A stretch of 61,392 nucleotides of DNA, counting the filler, from Candidatus Babelota bacterium (GTDB lineage Bacteria; JAGOBX01), in assembly GCA_017999075.1 (NCBI GenBank). It is 16 parts of 16 records of this genome, joined end to end, with 100 filler letters (N's around TTAATTAATTAA, not from the genome) between each part and the next. Parts side by side here need not be neighbours in the genome. Positions count along the whole stretch, not along the records: positions 39,596 to 42,636 come from JAGOBX010000505.1; positions 42,737 to 45,771 come from JAGOBX010000506.1; positions 45,872 to 48,903 come from JAGOBX010000507.1; positions 49,004 to 52,031 come from JAGOBX010000508.1; 12 more parts are not named here. The stretch is one strand, 5' to 3'. The translations under genes and the position numbers were made by a program. Below are positions 39,852-51,493 of this stretch, piece by piece. Each line of letters starts with the position of its first letter. The stretch's first letter is position 1. The notes beneath the pieces are model-generated. The model saw only the letters and a list, made by a program, of their open reading frames with translations. It searched no databases and was not told the origin of the DNA.

Positions 39852-41033
39852 ATGGCTGACAGAAATATTTTTAATATTGATAAAGAAAATATGCTTAATT
39901 TTAAAGAATCTGATAATCATAATGTAACAAATATTAAAGTAATCGGAGTAGGCGGCGGCGGCGGCAATGCAGTTCATAGAATGCTGATGCGTCAGGTCAA
40001 AGGTATTGATTTTATAGTAGCCAATACTGATTTACAGGTTTTAAAACTTATTCCTGCAGATAAAATTCAACGTATACAGATAGGGTCAAAATTAACTAAA
40101 GGTCTTGGAGCCGGAGCTAATCCTGAAATAGGAAGGCGCGCAGCTCTTGAAGATAAAGATCAAGTGCAGGCCGTGTTAAACGGAGCTGATATGGTTTTTG
40201 TAACAGCAGGTATGGGTGGCGGCACAGGCACAGGCGCTGCTCCAGTCATAGCTTCTATTTCAAAAGAAATGAATATATTGACTGTAGGAGTAGTAACGAA
40301 ACCTTTTGTTTTTGAAGGTTCGAAAAGAATGCGGCAGGCTGAAGAAGGAATAGAAGAACTTCGTGAAAATGTAGATTCTTTAATTATAATTCCAAATCAA
40401 AATTTATTAAAAATAATTGATAAAGATACTCCGTTAATGGAAGCTTTCAGCACAGCAGACGAAGTTTTGCGGCAGGGAGTTCAGGGAATATCTGATTTGA
40501 TAGTTTCTCCAGGTCTTGTAAATGTTGATTTTGCAGATGTTAAATCAATAATGAAAGGGCAAGGCGAAGCTATAATGGGGATAGGTTATGGTCAGGGAGA
40601 TACCAGGGCATTAGATGCTGCTCGTCAGGCTATTCAGAGTCCTTTGCTTGATACGACAATTTCCGGAGCTCGCGGAATACTTGTAAATATTACAGGAAGT
40701 TCCGATATTAAACTTCACGAAATTAACAGCGCCATATCAATTATTCAGCAGGAAGCGGCTGAAGATGTAAATATAATTTTTGGAACAAGTATCGATGAAA
40801 CTATGAAAGAAATGATTAAAATTTCTGTCATTGCCACAGGTTTTGACTGGAAACCCCTTCAGCAGCATAAAGATGTTAGGCAGATGTCAGCAATTCCAGC
40901 ATCTCAAAATTCAAACAATAACAGAACTGAAATAAATTCAAGAACAACAGGATTGTTCGGCGGATCGCAGGTCAATGTAAATATAAGGACAGAAGATCAA
41001 CGGTTAAAACCTGCTTATTCGGTAGCAAAATAA
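39852..41033 (+). CDS. ftsZ: Cell division protein FtsZ
   Basis: [37 protein letters not shown]. Confidence 0.98.
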   Translation: MADRNIFNIDKENMLNFKESDNHNVTNIKVIGVGGGGGNAVHRMLMRQVKGIDFIVANTDLQVLKLIPADKIQRIQIGSKLTKGLGAGANPEIGRRAALEDKDQVQAVLNGADMVFVTAGMGGGTGTGAAPVIASISKEMNILTVGVVTKPFVFEGSKRMRQAEEGIEELRENVDSLIIIPNQNLLKIIDKDTPLMEAFSTADEVLRQGVQGISDLIVSPGLVNVDFADVKSIMKGQGEAIMGIGYGQGDTRALDAARQAIQSPLLDTTISGARGILVNITGSSDIKLHEINSAISIIQQEAAEDVNIIFGTSIDETMKEMIKISVIATGFDWKPLQQHKDVRQMSAIPASQNSNNNRTEINSRTTGLFGGSQVNVNIRTEDQRLKPAYSVAK

Positions 41034-41064
41034 ATAAATAAAAAAAACAAAAAAAATTAAAATT

Positions 41065-41110
41065 TATCCCGAAAAATACAGTAAATAAGTGTTTTTCGGG
41101 ATAGAATTTT
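41065..41110 (+). terminator. Hairpin downstream of ftsZ
   Basis: TATCCCGAAAAA..TTTTTCGGGATA followed by a T-rich tract. Confidence 0.7.
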
Positions 41111-41129
41111 TTACACAGGAAAATTAGTA

Positions 41130-42362
41130 ATGCTTCAATTATCGAAAAGAGTTATAAATATGCCTGCATCTGCTATCAGAAAGCTTCATGATTATTCTGT
41201 AGCAGCAAAAAAAAAAGGCATAAAAGTGTATCATATAAATATTGGTCAGCCTGACATAAAAACTCCTCCTGAACTTATTCGAGCAGTTAAAAATTGTTCT
41301 GCAGATATTATACCATATACTCCTTCGCAAGGTTTGGCAAGTTATGTTACAAAACTTTCAGCTTATTATAAAAATCATAATGTTGATATTTCTGAAGATG
41401 AAATAATCATTACTGTCGGCGGAAGTGAAGCTATTTTATTTGCTTTGATGGCAGTAGCAGATCCTGGCGATGATATAATTATTCCTGAGCCATTCTATAC
41501 AAATTACAATGGTTTTGCTTTTATGGCAGGCGTTAATATAATTCCTGTAACCACTTATTTGAATGAAGGGTTTAAACTTCCTGACATTAAAACATTTGAA
41601 AAAATTTTAACTCCTAAAACAAAAGCTGTTTTATTCAGTAATCCATGTAATCCTACAGGAACTGTTTACACAAAAAAACAAATAATTGATTTGTGCAATT
41701 TCTGCAAAAAAAATAATCTATACATTATTTCTGACGAAGCTTATTGTGAAATTACTCAACATGATAAAATAATAAGTTTGCTGAATTTTAAAAACCTTGA
41801 ACTGGATTATGACATATCCGAAAATATAATTGTTGTTGACAGTATATCCAAACGTTTCAGCGCATGCGGAGCGCGTGTTGGAACAATAGTTTCAAAACAT
41901 AAACTTATAATAAAAGAAATTTTAAAATTTGCGCAAGCCAGGTTAAGCGCTTCTTATTACGGTCAGGTGATGGGGGAAGCAGCGTTAAGTTTGCCTGATA
42001 GTTATTTAATTGATTTGGCTGCCGAATATGAAAAAAGGATTAATTTTTGTTGTGAAGAATTAAATAATAACAGTTTAATAAAATATCATCATTCTGAAGG
42101 TGCATTTTATATAATTGTCAGTCTTCCTGTAGAAGATTCCGACGATTTTGCAAAATTTTTATTATCCGATTTTTATTCAATTAATCCTGCAACAAACGAA
42201 AAAGAAACTATTATGGTAGCTCCTGCAAAAGGATTTTATAAAACACCGGGATTAGGATATAATGAAATAAGAATAGCCTGTGTATTAGAATCAAATTTGA
42301 TGAAAAGAGCTTCCCAGATATTAAAAGAAGGATTAACAGCATATTTGAATATTAAACGTTAA
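41130..42362 (+). CDS. PLP-dependent class I/II aminotransferase (aspartate aminotransferase-like)
   Basis: NIGQPD, GGSEA, SNPCNPTG, SDEAY, SISKRFSACGARVG. Confidence 0.93.
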   Translation: MLQLSKRVINMPASAIRKLHDYSVAAKKKGIKVYHINIGQPDIKTPPELIRAVKNCSADIIPYTPSQGLASYVTKLSAYYKNHNVDISEDEIIITVGGSEAILFALMAVADPGDDIIIPEPFYTNYNGFAFMAGVNIIPVTTYLNEGFKLPDIKTFEKILTPKTKAVLFSNPCNPTGTVYTKKQIIDLCNFCKKNNLYIISDEAYCEITQHDKIISLLNFKNLELDYDISENIIVVDSISKRFSACGARVGTIVSKHKLIIKEILKFAQARLSASYYGQVMGEAALSLPDSYLIDLAAEYEKRINFCCEELNNNSLIKYHHSEGAFYIIVSLPVEDSDDFAKFLLSDFYSINPATNEKETIMVAPAKGFYKTPGLGYNEIRIACVLESNLMKRASQILKEGLTAYLNIKR

Positions 42363-42419
42363 TAGTTTTCCGGATAAATTAGTCCGGGTTTATTTTTTAT
42401 GAAAAGGAGGTGAAATCAA

Positions 42420-42636
42420 ATGACTAAAAGTATGAATGAATTAATAGCAGAACGCGCTTATTACTATTTTCTTAAACGCGGCGGAGTTCACGGATACCAT
42501 CATCAGGATTGGAGCCGTGCAGAAGCTGAGATAAAAGCTGAACTTGAAAAATCTTCGATTTCTCAGGTTGCTGCAAAACAAGAAGCTGAAGTTGAAAAAA
42601 AAGTTGAACAAGAAAAAACAGTTCAGAAATCAACTG
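42420..42636 (+). CDS. DUF2934 domain protein, 3' partial
   Basis: IAERAYYYFLKRGGVHGYHHQDWSRAEAEI; AGGAGG RBS. Confidence 0.88.
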
Positions 42637-42736
42637 NNNNNNNNNNNNNNNNNNNNNNNNNNNNNNNNNNNNNNNNNNNNTTAATTAATTAANNNNNNNN
42701 NNNNNNNNNNNNNNNNNNNNNNNNNNNNNNNNNNNN

Positions 42737-43590
42737 TCAATAAACTGAATTATTTTTTCAAGCAATTCCTTGCTTTTTTTATGAAATCCGAACCTGAACA
42801 AAAGTTTGGATATTTCATACGCTATATACGGATAAAGATCAACGGCAATTTTATTTTTTTGAAGTTCCTGCGAATAATTCAAAGCGTATTTCAGCATAAA
42901 CAAAGCTCTGTGATATTTGCAGTTATGAATGCTTTCTAAAGATTCATTGTATAAATGTTTTAACCTGGAACTCAAAATAGGAAATAATATTTTTTCATAA
43001 TCAGAACTGTCAATAATTTTCCGAAGGCTGTCAATAATTTTATTTTTAAAATAATAATCAAAAATACTGTTATCATTATGCTGGTTATTAAACAAATTTA
43101 TAAGGTTTACAATTCCTTTATTTTTTTGGTCAAGATGAGCAAGCATCAAGGAATTTAAATATTCTATAAGTTCAGATGATACTTTTTTTTCTATGGAATA
43201 CGATACACATATTGATAAACATTCTGAAGCTTTAGATTTGTTGTCAACGTGAAGATACAGTTCTCCTACTTTAGTATATATCGCCATAAAAATATCATGA
43301 TCAAAATACTGTTGGCTTTTAAATTTCACAATTTTTTCTTTATAATACCTTAATCCCTTCTGTACATCCAGAACTAATACATAATAATCTCCTATTATAC
43401 GAAGTATAAAACAATACAAAGTTTTTAATTCAGGAGTCAAATGCTGCAGCTGAACCGTGTTTTCAAAATAATCGCATATTTTGAACAAAGTTTCCAGAAC
43501 AGAATTATCTTTATTCTGAAAATAAAAATCACTGAACTCATCTAACAGATTCGATAATTCTTTGTTTCCTTTTATTTTTTCGTAAAACAT
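42737..43590 (-). CDS. Hypothetical helical/TPR-like protein, 3' partial
   Basis: Long ORF; TPR-like IYTKVGELYLHVDNKSKASECL. Confidence 0.55.
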
Positions 43591-43596
43591 ATAAAA

Positions 43597-44766
43597 TTAT
43601 ATTATTTTCTCATAAAAATTTAACAATTTGTCTTTCTGAATTTCCCACTTTATTAATTCATATTTTTGTTTGGCAAAATTTACTTTAGCATAAAATTTAT
43701 CCTGATTATTAATGAACTCAATAATTTTTTCCGACAATTCATTTATATTTTCAGGCTCAAAAAAAGTCAATTCTTTGTCAGAAAAATATACGGTTATTCC
43801 CTCTGTTCTACTGGTTATTACAGGTTTTTCCATAACTATATATTCAAGAAGTTTGGTGGGGAGAATTGTATTCATAAAAACACCCTGTCTATTTGGAACT
43901 ATGCATAAATCAGATTCAGCAATTTTTTCAGGCAAATAATCAATAAGTAAAAACCCTTTAAAAAATACTCTATTTTTGAGTTTTTTATCAATAACTATTT
44001 TTTGCAATTCATCATAATAATTCCCCTCTCCGTAAATTGTAAGTTCGCAATCATATCCTTTACTGATAACTTCTTTAACAGCTAAAATCAATACATCCAA
44101 TCCATAACGTTTAACTAAAGTTCCATGGTGAAACAACTTTAATTTTTTTTTAGATTCATACATTATTTTTATCCGGGGATAAAAATATTTTTCATCAGCT
44201 GTATTAAGAACCGTTTCTATTTTTTGATGACCGGATATTTTCAAAAAATAATTTTTATAAACATCTACGGCAGTTATAATTCCTGTAGCATATTTAGCTG
44301 AAATTTTTTCAACAAATTTCAGCAAGTGTATCATTCTGCTTTCTGTATCGCAATTAAAACGGGTTGAATATAGTAACGGAATTCTGTCGTGTATATCCAG
44401 AATAATTTTTTCACCTAATATTTTTTGTATAATTCCAACAAAAACTAAAAAATCAGGAGGATTACTTATATGAACATACGTATAATATTTTTTTAAATAT
44501 AATATGTTTAAAGTGACTAATGAAAATAAAAAAAACATTAAATATTCCGTCAAATAAACTATTAACGGACTTCCTCTCCTGCGTTTTACAGGCATTCGGA
44601 ATATAGTAATGTTATTCCATTTTTCAAAATATTTTTCCCTGTCTTTTTTTAAACATATAACATCTACCTCAAACCCTTTTTCATAAAGAGCTTCGGCTTC
44701 TCTCCTGACCCGAAAGTCTTTAGGATAATATTCGTTAACAATCATGCAAACTTTTTTGTTATTCAA
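43597..44766 (-). CDS. Glycosyltransferase family 4
   Basis: DFRVRREAEAL, NPPD, DIHD, PTKLLEY..KPVI. Confidence 0.92.
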   Translation of the reverse strand: MNNKKVCMIVNEYYPKDFRVRREAEALYEKGFEVDVICLKKDREKYFEKWNNITIFRMPVKRRRGSPLIVYLTEYLMFFLFSLVTLNILYLKKYYTYVHISNPPDFLVFVGIIQKILGEKIILDIHDRIPLLYSTRFNCDTESRMIHLLKFVEKISAKYATGIITAVDVYKNYFLKISGHQKIETVLNTADEKYFYPRIKIMYESKKKLKLFHHGTLVKRYGLDVLILAVKEVISKGYDCELTIYGEGNYYDELQKIVIDKKLKNRVFFKGFLLIDYLPEKIAESDLCIVPNRQGVFMNTILPTKLLEYIVMEKPVITSRTEGITVYFSDKELTFFEPENINELSEKIIEFINNQDKFYAKVNFAKQKYELIKWEIQKDKLLNFYEKII

Positions 44767-44833
44767 TATATAATATATCCCTTTTATAAAATATTATATA
44801 ATTCACTTTAAATTTTTCGTTATCTGCATTAAA

Positions 44834-45771
44834 TTACCATACATAACCGGTAATTTTTTTCGAAGAATCTTTTTTCAAATCATATTCAATAATTTTATCA
44901 TACAAATTACCTGCATCTATTTTTCTGACTACAGGTTCAAAAGGAGAAGACTTGTCAAAACTTATCACTACCCCAAGTTCTGAATCATTTAAAAAAACAG
45001 TTGTTCCTACAGGATACGGTGGAATTGCAGTTATAAATATATCTGACAAATTTTTACTGAAATGCGGTCCTTTAATTAAACCATATATTAATTCCGGACT
45101 TAACATATTCTTATAACGCGAAGAATATTTAAGTTCAGTGAATGTGTTTACAATCCCTATAATTTGCGCCAGAAAACTAATTTCCTGATCTTTTAATTTG
45201 CGCGGATATCCGCTTCCATCAATCCGTTCATGACTCATATAAGCAAGACTTGCTGTAACAACATCAAAACCTATTAAACTCCGCAATATATCAAAAGAAT
45301 AATACGGATGTTTCATTATTTCGTTATACTCCGATTCTGTGCAGTAATAATTCCGGTTCAAAAAAACCTCCGGCATCTTATAAAAACCTATGTCAGCCAT
45401 TATTACAGCTCCCAAAAGTTTTTCGATATCAATTTTATTCAGTTTCAAAGCTTTTGCCATATATGCAGAATAAATTAAATTCATTATTATTTTATTTATA
45501 TGAAACGGAAACATAAACCTGTATTCAATAAAATTTACAAGAGAATTATCGTCAAAATAAAAAGCTATATCTATCAATGACGATACTATTTTATAAAGTT
45601 CCGAGTTAATCAAATCCGATAATTTATAAAGCTGCGCTCTGTTATTGTCGTCTGTTATTACAGGAATAACCTGTTTTATTAATTCGTGAAGATTGTTTAT
45701 AGAATTCAATAATAAAATTATCTGATTATCCGGAAACAACTCATCTTTATAAAGCAAATCAGGAAAAATAT
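44834..45771 (-). CDS. HD-GYP domain protein (degenerate HD), 5' partial
   Basis: HPYYS, HERIDGSGYP, PYPVGTTV.L; ADIG replaces HDIG. Confidence 0.85.
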
Positions 45772-45871
45772 NNNNNNNNNNNNNNNNNNNNNNNNNNNNN
45801 NNNNNNNNNNNNNNNTTAATTAATTAANNNNNNNNNNNNNNNNNNNNNNNNNNNNNNNNNNNNNNNNNNNN

Positions 45872-46053
45872 GTATAATTTTCAATAATGTTCTTATCTTC
45901 CAGAACTTTAGATATAAAGTCAAGGTTTATATCTTTAACCTCAATATCTGTAATTTCTTTTTTTATAAGATATCCGTATAACAGCGGAATACTTAAATAA
46001 GGACTTGATATATTTGATAATGTAAATGGCGAAAAAACTAATGTTGTTTTCAT
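45872..46053 (-). CDS. B12-binding radical SAM-like protein, N-terminal fragment
   Basis: LVFSPF..PYLSIPLLYGYL..DINL pattern. Confidence 0.65.
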
Positions 46054-46886
46054 ATGATTTTTTTATAATCAATTATATATTTAAAAGCTTTTTTTAAATT
46101 CCCTTGTTTAATATATAATTTTACTATACGGTAATATAAATTTTTTATAGAGTTAATAATATTTTTATTTCCTTTAACTCTATCATTAAATAACGCATAA
46201 TTTTTTTTCATTGAATCAATTCTATGAATAAGGCATGTTTCTCTGTCCAATGACACATTCGTATCATGCAGCCGATAATACGCCAGCGTATCTTCCAAAT
46301 ATCCTATTTTATAATGCGCGGAAATACGTATCCACATATCAGAATCACAAGCATAGTTAATAGCCTGATCAAAAAATCCGATTTTATCAAAACACTCGCG
46401 TCTTAGAAGAACAGTTATTATATGAATTTTATTTTCTACAAACTGTTTTAAAAAAATATCTCCTGAACCATTATTCGATTTTGACGAAGACCAGCCGCGC
46501 CATTTATTTATATTCCGCGGCGCTATTATAAAATCATAGTTTGAATAAACCATTCCGAATTCCCTATTTCCTTCTAAAAAACACACAGTTTTTTCAAGTT
46601 TTTCCGCAGCATAAAGATCATCATGATCAAGAAATGCTATATATTTTCCAGAAGCATTTTCCAATCCTGTATTTCTTGCTCCGGCTTCACCCATATTTTT
46701 CTGTCTAATCAGCTTATGCGGAGCATTTAACAATTTTTCAGCAATCTGAATAGTTTTATCAGTAGAACCATCGTCAACGACTATCAATTCAAAATCTTTG
46801 AATGTCTGATTCAAAACACTTAAAATCGTTTCTTTTATATAACACTCAGCATTATAAGTTCCTATTATCACTGACACTAACGGCAT
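46050..46886 (-). CDS. Glycosyltransferase family 2
   Basis: VSVIIGTYN, VVDDGSTD, ARNTG, FLDHDD. Confidence 0.94.
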   Translation of the reverse strand: MPLVSVIIGTYNAECYIKETILSVLNQTFKDFELIVVDDGSTDKTIQIAEKLLNAPHKLIRQKNMGEAGARNTGLENASGKYIAFLDHDDLYAAEKLEKTVCFLEGNREFGMVYSNYDFIIAPRNINKWRGWSSSKSNNGSGDIFLKQFVENKIHIITVLLRRECFDKIGFFDQAINYACDSDMWIRISAHYKIGYLEDTLAYYRLHDTNVSLDRETCLIHRIDSMKKNYALFNDRVKGNKNIINSIKNLYYRIVKLYIKQGNLKKAFKYIIDYKKII

Positions 46887-46949
46887 TTTTAGATCCTGTA
46901 ATTTTATAATTTAAACTCTTTTTTTACTATGTATCTCAAAAAAATTCTG

Positions 46950-48101
46950 CTAATTATTTATACATTTTTTTATTGTATCAATTATATATTCCTGCTCATT
47001 ATTTTTTAATGAAGGCCCTATAGGCAATGACAAAGTATTTTCTGATATGTAATCTGAAAATGGATAATCAGACTTTTTCAAATCATATTTTTGTTTATAA
47101 AACTTATGATTATGCAATGAAATGAAATGTATTCCTGTTCCGATTCCTTTTTCCGTAAGCGCTTTCTGAAAATCATCTCGGCTATATCCGCAATTTTTTT
47201 TATCTATCAATATTGTAAACAAATGCAGACTATGCCTTGAATTTCTATTTTCAGGCAATTTCGGCATTATCAATCCTGTATTTTTTAATTCAGAACAATA
47301 AGTTTTCCATTGGTTCAACCGTATTTTATAATATTTTTCTATTTGTTCAAACTGATGCAACCCTAAAGCAGCCTGCAAATCTATCATATTGAATTTCATA
47401 CCTGCAATCACAACTTCATAACATTTATTTTTTTTTGACGACTGTCTTTTCCATGCGTCTGCACTCAAACCCTGAGTCGAATACAATCTGGCAAAATCAG
47501 CAAGTTTTTTATTTTTTGTCAGAAGCATTCCGCCATCTCCTGTCGTAATATTTTTAGTGGCATAAAAACTGAAACTTGCCGCATCTCCCCACAGCCCTAA
47601 ATGTTTTCCATTATAAATTCCTTCTATACTATGTGCAGCATCTTCTATTACCGCGATTTTATATTTACGCGCTATCCGGCAAATCTCATCCATTTTACAA
47701 GGATATCCGCAATAATGCACAGGTATAACAGCTTTTGTTTTCGATGTAATTTTTTTTTCGATTTCTTCAGGAATAATAGTTCCGTTATTTTTAAACACAT
47801 CAGCAAATACAGTCTTTGCTCCAATATTTTCAACGACATTAGCTGTGGCTGCAAATGTCATTGCAGGAACAATAACTTCATCTCCACTACCGATTCCCAT
47901 TCCTTTCAATGCAATAAAAAGCCCTGCTGTACAAGAATTTAGCCCTACTGTATTACTTTCAGAAATACCAATATAATTAGCAAAACTACGTTCAAATTGC
48001 GCAGTTTTAGGTCCTTTGCCCAACCAGCCTGAATTTAATGAATCAACAATTTCATCAATATCATTCTCAACAATATATGGTAATCCAAATATCACTTTCA
48101 T
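46950..48101 (-). CDS. DegT/DnrJ/EryC1/StrS sugar aminotransferase
   Basis: NSCTAGL, PAMTFAATAN, IEDAAH, FSFYATKNITTGDGG, LSLP. Confidence 0.95.
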   Translation of the reverse strand: MKVIFGLPYIVENDIDEIVDSLNSGWLGKGPKTAQFERSFANYIGISESNTVGLNSCTAGLFIALKGMGIGSGDEVIVPAMTFAATANVVENIGAKTVFADVFKNNGTIIPEEIEKKITSKTKAVIPVHYCGYPCKMDEICRIARKYKIAVIEDAAHSIEGIYNGKHLGLWGDAASFSFYATKNITTGDGGMLLTKNKKLADFARLYSTQGLSADAWKRQSSKKNKCYEVVIAGMKFNMIDLQAALGLHQFEQIEKYYKIRLNQWKTYCSELKNTGLIMPKLPENRNSRHSLHLFTILIDKKNCGYSRDDFQKALTEKGIGTGIHFISLHNHKFYKQKYDLKKSDYPFSDYISENTLSLPIGPSLKNNEQEYIIDTIKKCINN

Positions 48102-48109
48102 AAATTAAT

Positions 48110-48903
48110 TCATACAACTCCCGGTAATAGACTGAATAAATAAAATCCCCCATCCTTTTTAAAATCAACATAACAAGATTTTAATTTTTCAATAAGCTCT
48201 GTATTCTCTTTTAAATCTCTTATAATAATCTTCAGTTTATATTTTTTTAATATTTTAACTGCTGATTGAATTTTTTCATAATCTGCTAACCCTGAAATAT
48301 AATTTTTTTTTATTATAAAAGCGCAATAATACGAAGGAAGATTTTCATTTGTCAGTAAAACTTCATCTTCTACTAATGATTCTGAGGCAAATGACGAAAG
48401 CGTATAATAAGAATTATACCCGTGTACTCTCTTAAATTTATTGTAATAAACAAAACAAGAAGATAAAACAAATATCATTACAAAAAAAATAACAATTTTA
48501 TTATTTTTTACCAGATATAATAATTGAATACCTGCAAATGAAAATAATACTGCATAATGAATTGTCCAATACTCATGATAAAAAGCAGTTTTATATGTTC
48601 CAATATGATACATTAATGAAAAAAACGTAATTATAAGAATAAATTGAGTTTTATTTGAATTCATTATCCGGCGAAACCCGTATTTTATAAAAAGCAGTAT
48701 TGAAAATATAATTAACAATATTGGATAAATTCCGAAAAGCGTAAGCGAACGGAAAATTTCATGAATAACATATTCGTTCAACGGAATTGTTCCGATACTT
48801 AATGCTCCTCTATTTTTAAACTTATTTAATAATTCAATAAAACTTATATCATTCAAATAAAATACTGAAATATAATAAATAAAAAAACTGAAAAAAATAA
48901 AAC
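48110..48903 (-). CDS. Integral membrane protein (GT-C/ArnT-like C-terminus possible), 5' partial
   Basis: Multiple TM helices then a soluble tail, within a polysaccharide gene cluster. Confidence 0.5.
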
Positions 48904-49089
48904 NNNNNNNNNNNNNNNNNNNNNNNNNNNNNNNNNNNNNNNNNNNNTTAATTAATTAANNNNNNNNNNNNNNNNNNNNNNNNNNNNNNNNNNNNNNNNN
49001 NNNTGTTGTTTTGCATATTTTTATTTGAATTTAAAATTATATATTAATGATATTGCAGAAAGAAAAATTATTATCAATAAAGGTATTAT

Positions 49090-49563
49090 TCAGTAAGATA
49101 AAGTTGCTGATTTCCATAAAATTTGTTTTGACCCGTTTTTTTTTTGAGTATAAAGAAAAATATGAGTCATATTCGGTTTTACTGAAGTGATTGTATCATT
49201 TTTATAATAAACTGTTTTTGTATAATCATAAACTATATCTGCACGTATGGAAAAATTATTTAGAGCAGTTTTTGAAAGTTCAACGCTGCGTATTTCATAT
49301 TCTTCATTTATGCTTGATTTCAGATCATCCTGTTTATAAGGGCTTTTTTTATAGCTTGGAAAAGTTTTATTGAAATGATCCGAACATGAATTTATAAACT
49401 GATTATATTCAATTCCGTATTTTTGTTTTAATAAATCATCATCCTGAACACTTAACTGGATTTCAGGTGAAATAGAATATTTGTACAATACTGTTCCTGC
49501 AGTCAATAATAATATTAAGAATATCAAGATTGAAAATAATTTATATTTTTTTTTCATAGTCAT
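49090..49563 (-). CDS. Hypothetical membrane-anchored protein
   Basis: N-terminal TM; directly downstream of pgsA. Confidence 0.6.
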   Translation of the reverse strand: MTMKKKYKLFSILIFLILLLTAGTVLYKYSISPEIQLSVQDDDLLKQKYGIEYNQFINSCSDHFNKTFPSYKKSPYKQDDLKSSINEEYEIRSVELSKTALNNFSIRADIVYDYTKTVYYKNDTITSVKPNMTHIFLYTQKKNGSKQILWKSATLSY

Positions 49564-49566
49564 ATT

Positions 49567-50178
49567 TTATTTTATTGCAATATCATAAACAATTTTTTTA
49601 TTTTTAATTATATAATCCATTCCTGAAATCCAGGTAGTTATAAAGACTATAAGCATAAGACTTATCGGCACCCAATCGTTTATATCTTTCATTAAATTAG
49701 GAACATCTTTATATTTCGACCCATAATAAAAATTGACTATGCATATAAGTAAAATAGTTATAATCGCTACAAATTGGGATGTGGTCTTCCATTTTCCCAG
49801 TTTTGAGGTTTTAACTTCGCTTTTATAATAAAGCCCTAACGTACGAAGCGCTGATATGGTGAATTCTCTGATTATAATCATGCTTACAAGCCAGGCAGGA
49901 ATATCAAAAAAATCTTTTTCACCAACAAAAAAAACATAAGCTGTAACTGTAATCACTTTATCTGCAAGTGGATCCACTACTCTTCCGTAGTCACTTTCCT
50001 GTTTATGCATTCTCGCCAGTTTTCCGTCATATAAATCTGTCAAAGCAGCTACAATAAAAACAATAAGCGCAAGTATGCGGCAGGTTAAATTATTGAATAC
50101 CATTAAAGCAATAAACAAAAAAGAAACAAGAAACCTCATTATAGTTAGTTTGTTTGCTATATTATGTTTAAAATTCAT
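49567..50178 (-). CDS. pgsA: CDP-diacylglycerol--glycerol-3-phosphate 3-phosphatidyltransferase
   Basis: ANKLTIMR, TDLYDGKLAR..G..DPLADK, IIREF, GKWKT; follows rimO. Confidence 0.93.
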   Translation of the reverse strand: MNFKHNIANKLTIMRFLVSFLFIALMVFNNLTCRILALIVFIVAALTDLYDGKLARMHKQESDYGRVVDPLADKVITVTAYVFFVGEKDFFDIPAWLVSMIIIREFTISALRTLGLYYKSEVKTSKLGKWKTTSQFVAIITILLICIVNFYYGSKYKDVPNLMKDINDWVPISLMLIVFITTWISGMDYIIKNKKIVYDIAIK

Positions 50179-51491
50179 TGTAATAATTCTCCAGTCAAAT
50201 CATAATCGCTGCCGCTTGTTATTCTTATATTTAAAAAATTATTAATGTCAATATTATTTTTTGTTTTAAACAAAATATAGCCGTCAATTTCAGGAGCATT
50301 ATGAGAATCCCTGCTTAAATAAAATTTAGTTTTCGGATCATATCCGTCAACCAGAACCTTAAGAGTCTTCCCGATAAATTTTTTATTTTGTTCATAACTT
50401 ATTTTTTTTTGAATATTCATAAGTTTATTGAAACGGGTGTTTATTGTTTTTTCCGGAATTTTATTTTTCAGAGTGTAAGAATACGTTTCGGATTCATCAG
50501 AATATTTGAAAATACCGAGTTTATCAAATTTTAATTTTATTATTGATTCTGACATTTCTTCAAATATTTTTTCTGTTTCTCCCGGATATCCGGTTATAAC
50601 AGATGTTCTTATTGAAATATCGGGATTATATTTTTTTATAAATCCGATTTTTTCGAAAATTTCTTTTTTAGTGGTGTTCCTTCTCATTTTTTTTAATATT
50701 GAATTTTCAGTATGCTGAATAGGCATATCAATATAATTGCAGATTTTTTCTGTATCGCTGATAATTTTTATTAAAGGTTTTGTTACCGTATCAGGAGATA
50801 AATACATTATTCTGATAATGAAATCATAATTTAATTTATTCAATTCTTTCAGCAATCCTGCAATCCCGTATTTTAAATTAATGTCTTTGCCGTATTTTCC
50901 AGTATCCTGAGAAACAAGAATTAGTTCTTTAATTCCGTTATTTAATAGCAATTCAGCTTCATCAATTATATTTTTTTGTGGTCTGCTTGTATATTTTCCT
51001 TTAATAAATGGGATAACGCAAAACCCGCATTTTCTTGAACAGCCGTCAGCTATCCTTATGTAAGAATAAATTGAACTGCTGTGATTTGTTCTGTATAATG
51101 CAGGAGGATCAGACTTGACTTTAGTTCCGGAAATTTTTTCGGATAATTTTTTACAATAATCATTTAATTCATTTGTTTTTAAAATCAGTATTTTGTTTCC
51201 GAATTTGTCGATCAGAGCTTGTTTGCTGCGCACGGCATAACAGCCAGTCACTATTATAAACCTGTTTTTTGAGGTTGAATCAATATAAAATTGTATGGTT
51301 TCATCTGATTGTTTAACAGCTGATTTTATAAAACCGCATGTGTTTATAAGTATAACTCCGGCTTTTTTATAATCTAATGTTTCTTTAAAAATATAAGAAT
51401 ATGATTCGAAAACTGATCTTATGGAATCAGATTCAACATCGTTTTTCGGACATCCTAAAGTGGATATGAAATAATAAATTGTTTTATTCAT
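50175..51491 (-). CDS. rimO: Ribosomal protein S12 methylthiotransferase
   Basis: LGCPKNDVES, NTCGFI, CSRKCGFC, RIMYL, APEIDG. Confidence 0.94.
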   Translation of the reverse strand: MNKTIYYFISTLGCPKNDVESDSIRSVFESYSYIFKETLDYKKAGVILINTCGFIKSAVKQSDETIQFYIDSTSKNRFIIVTGCYAVRSKQALIDKFGNKILILKTNELNDYCKKLSEKISGTKVKSDPPALYRTNHSSSIYSYIRIADGCSRKCGFCVIPFIKGKYTSRPQKNIIDEAELLLNNGIKELILVSQDTGKYGKDINLKYGIAGLLKELNKLNYDFIIRIMYLSPDTVTKPLIKIISDTEKICNYIDMPIQHTENSILKKMRRNTTKKEIFEKIGFIKKYNPDISIRTSVITGYPGETEKIFEEMSESIIKLKFDKLGIFKYSDESETYSYTLKNKIPEKTINTRFNKLMNIQKKISYEQNKKFIGKTLKVLVDGYDPKTKFYLSRDSHNAPEIDGYILFKTKNNIDINNFLNIRITSGSDYDLTGELLQ

Positions 51492-51493
51492 TT

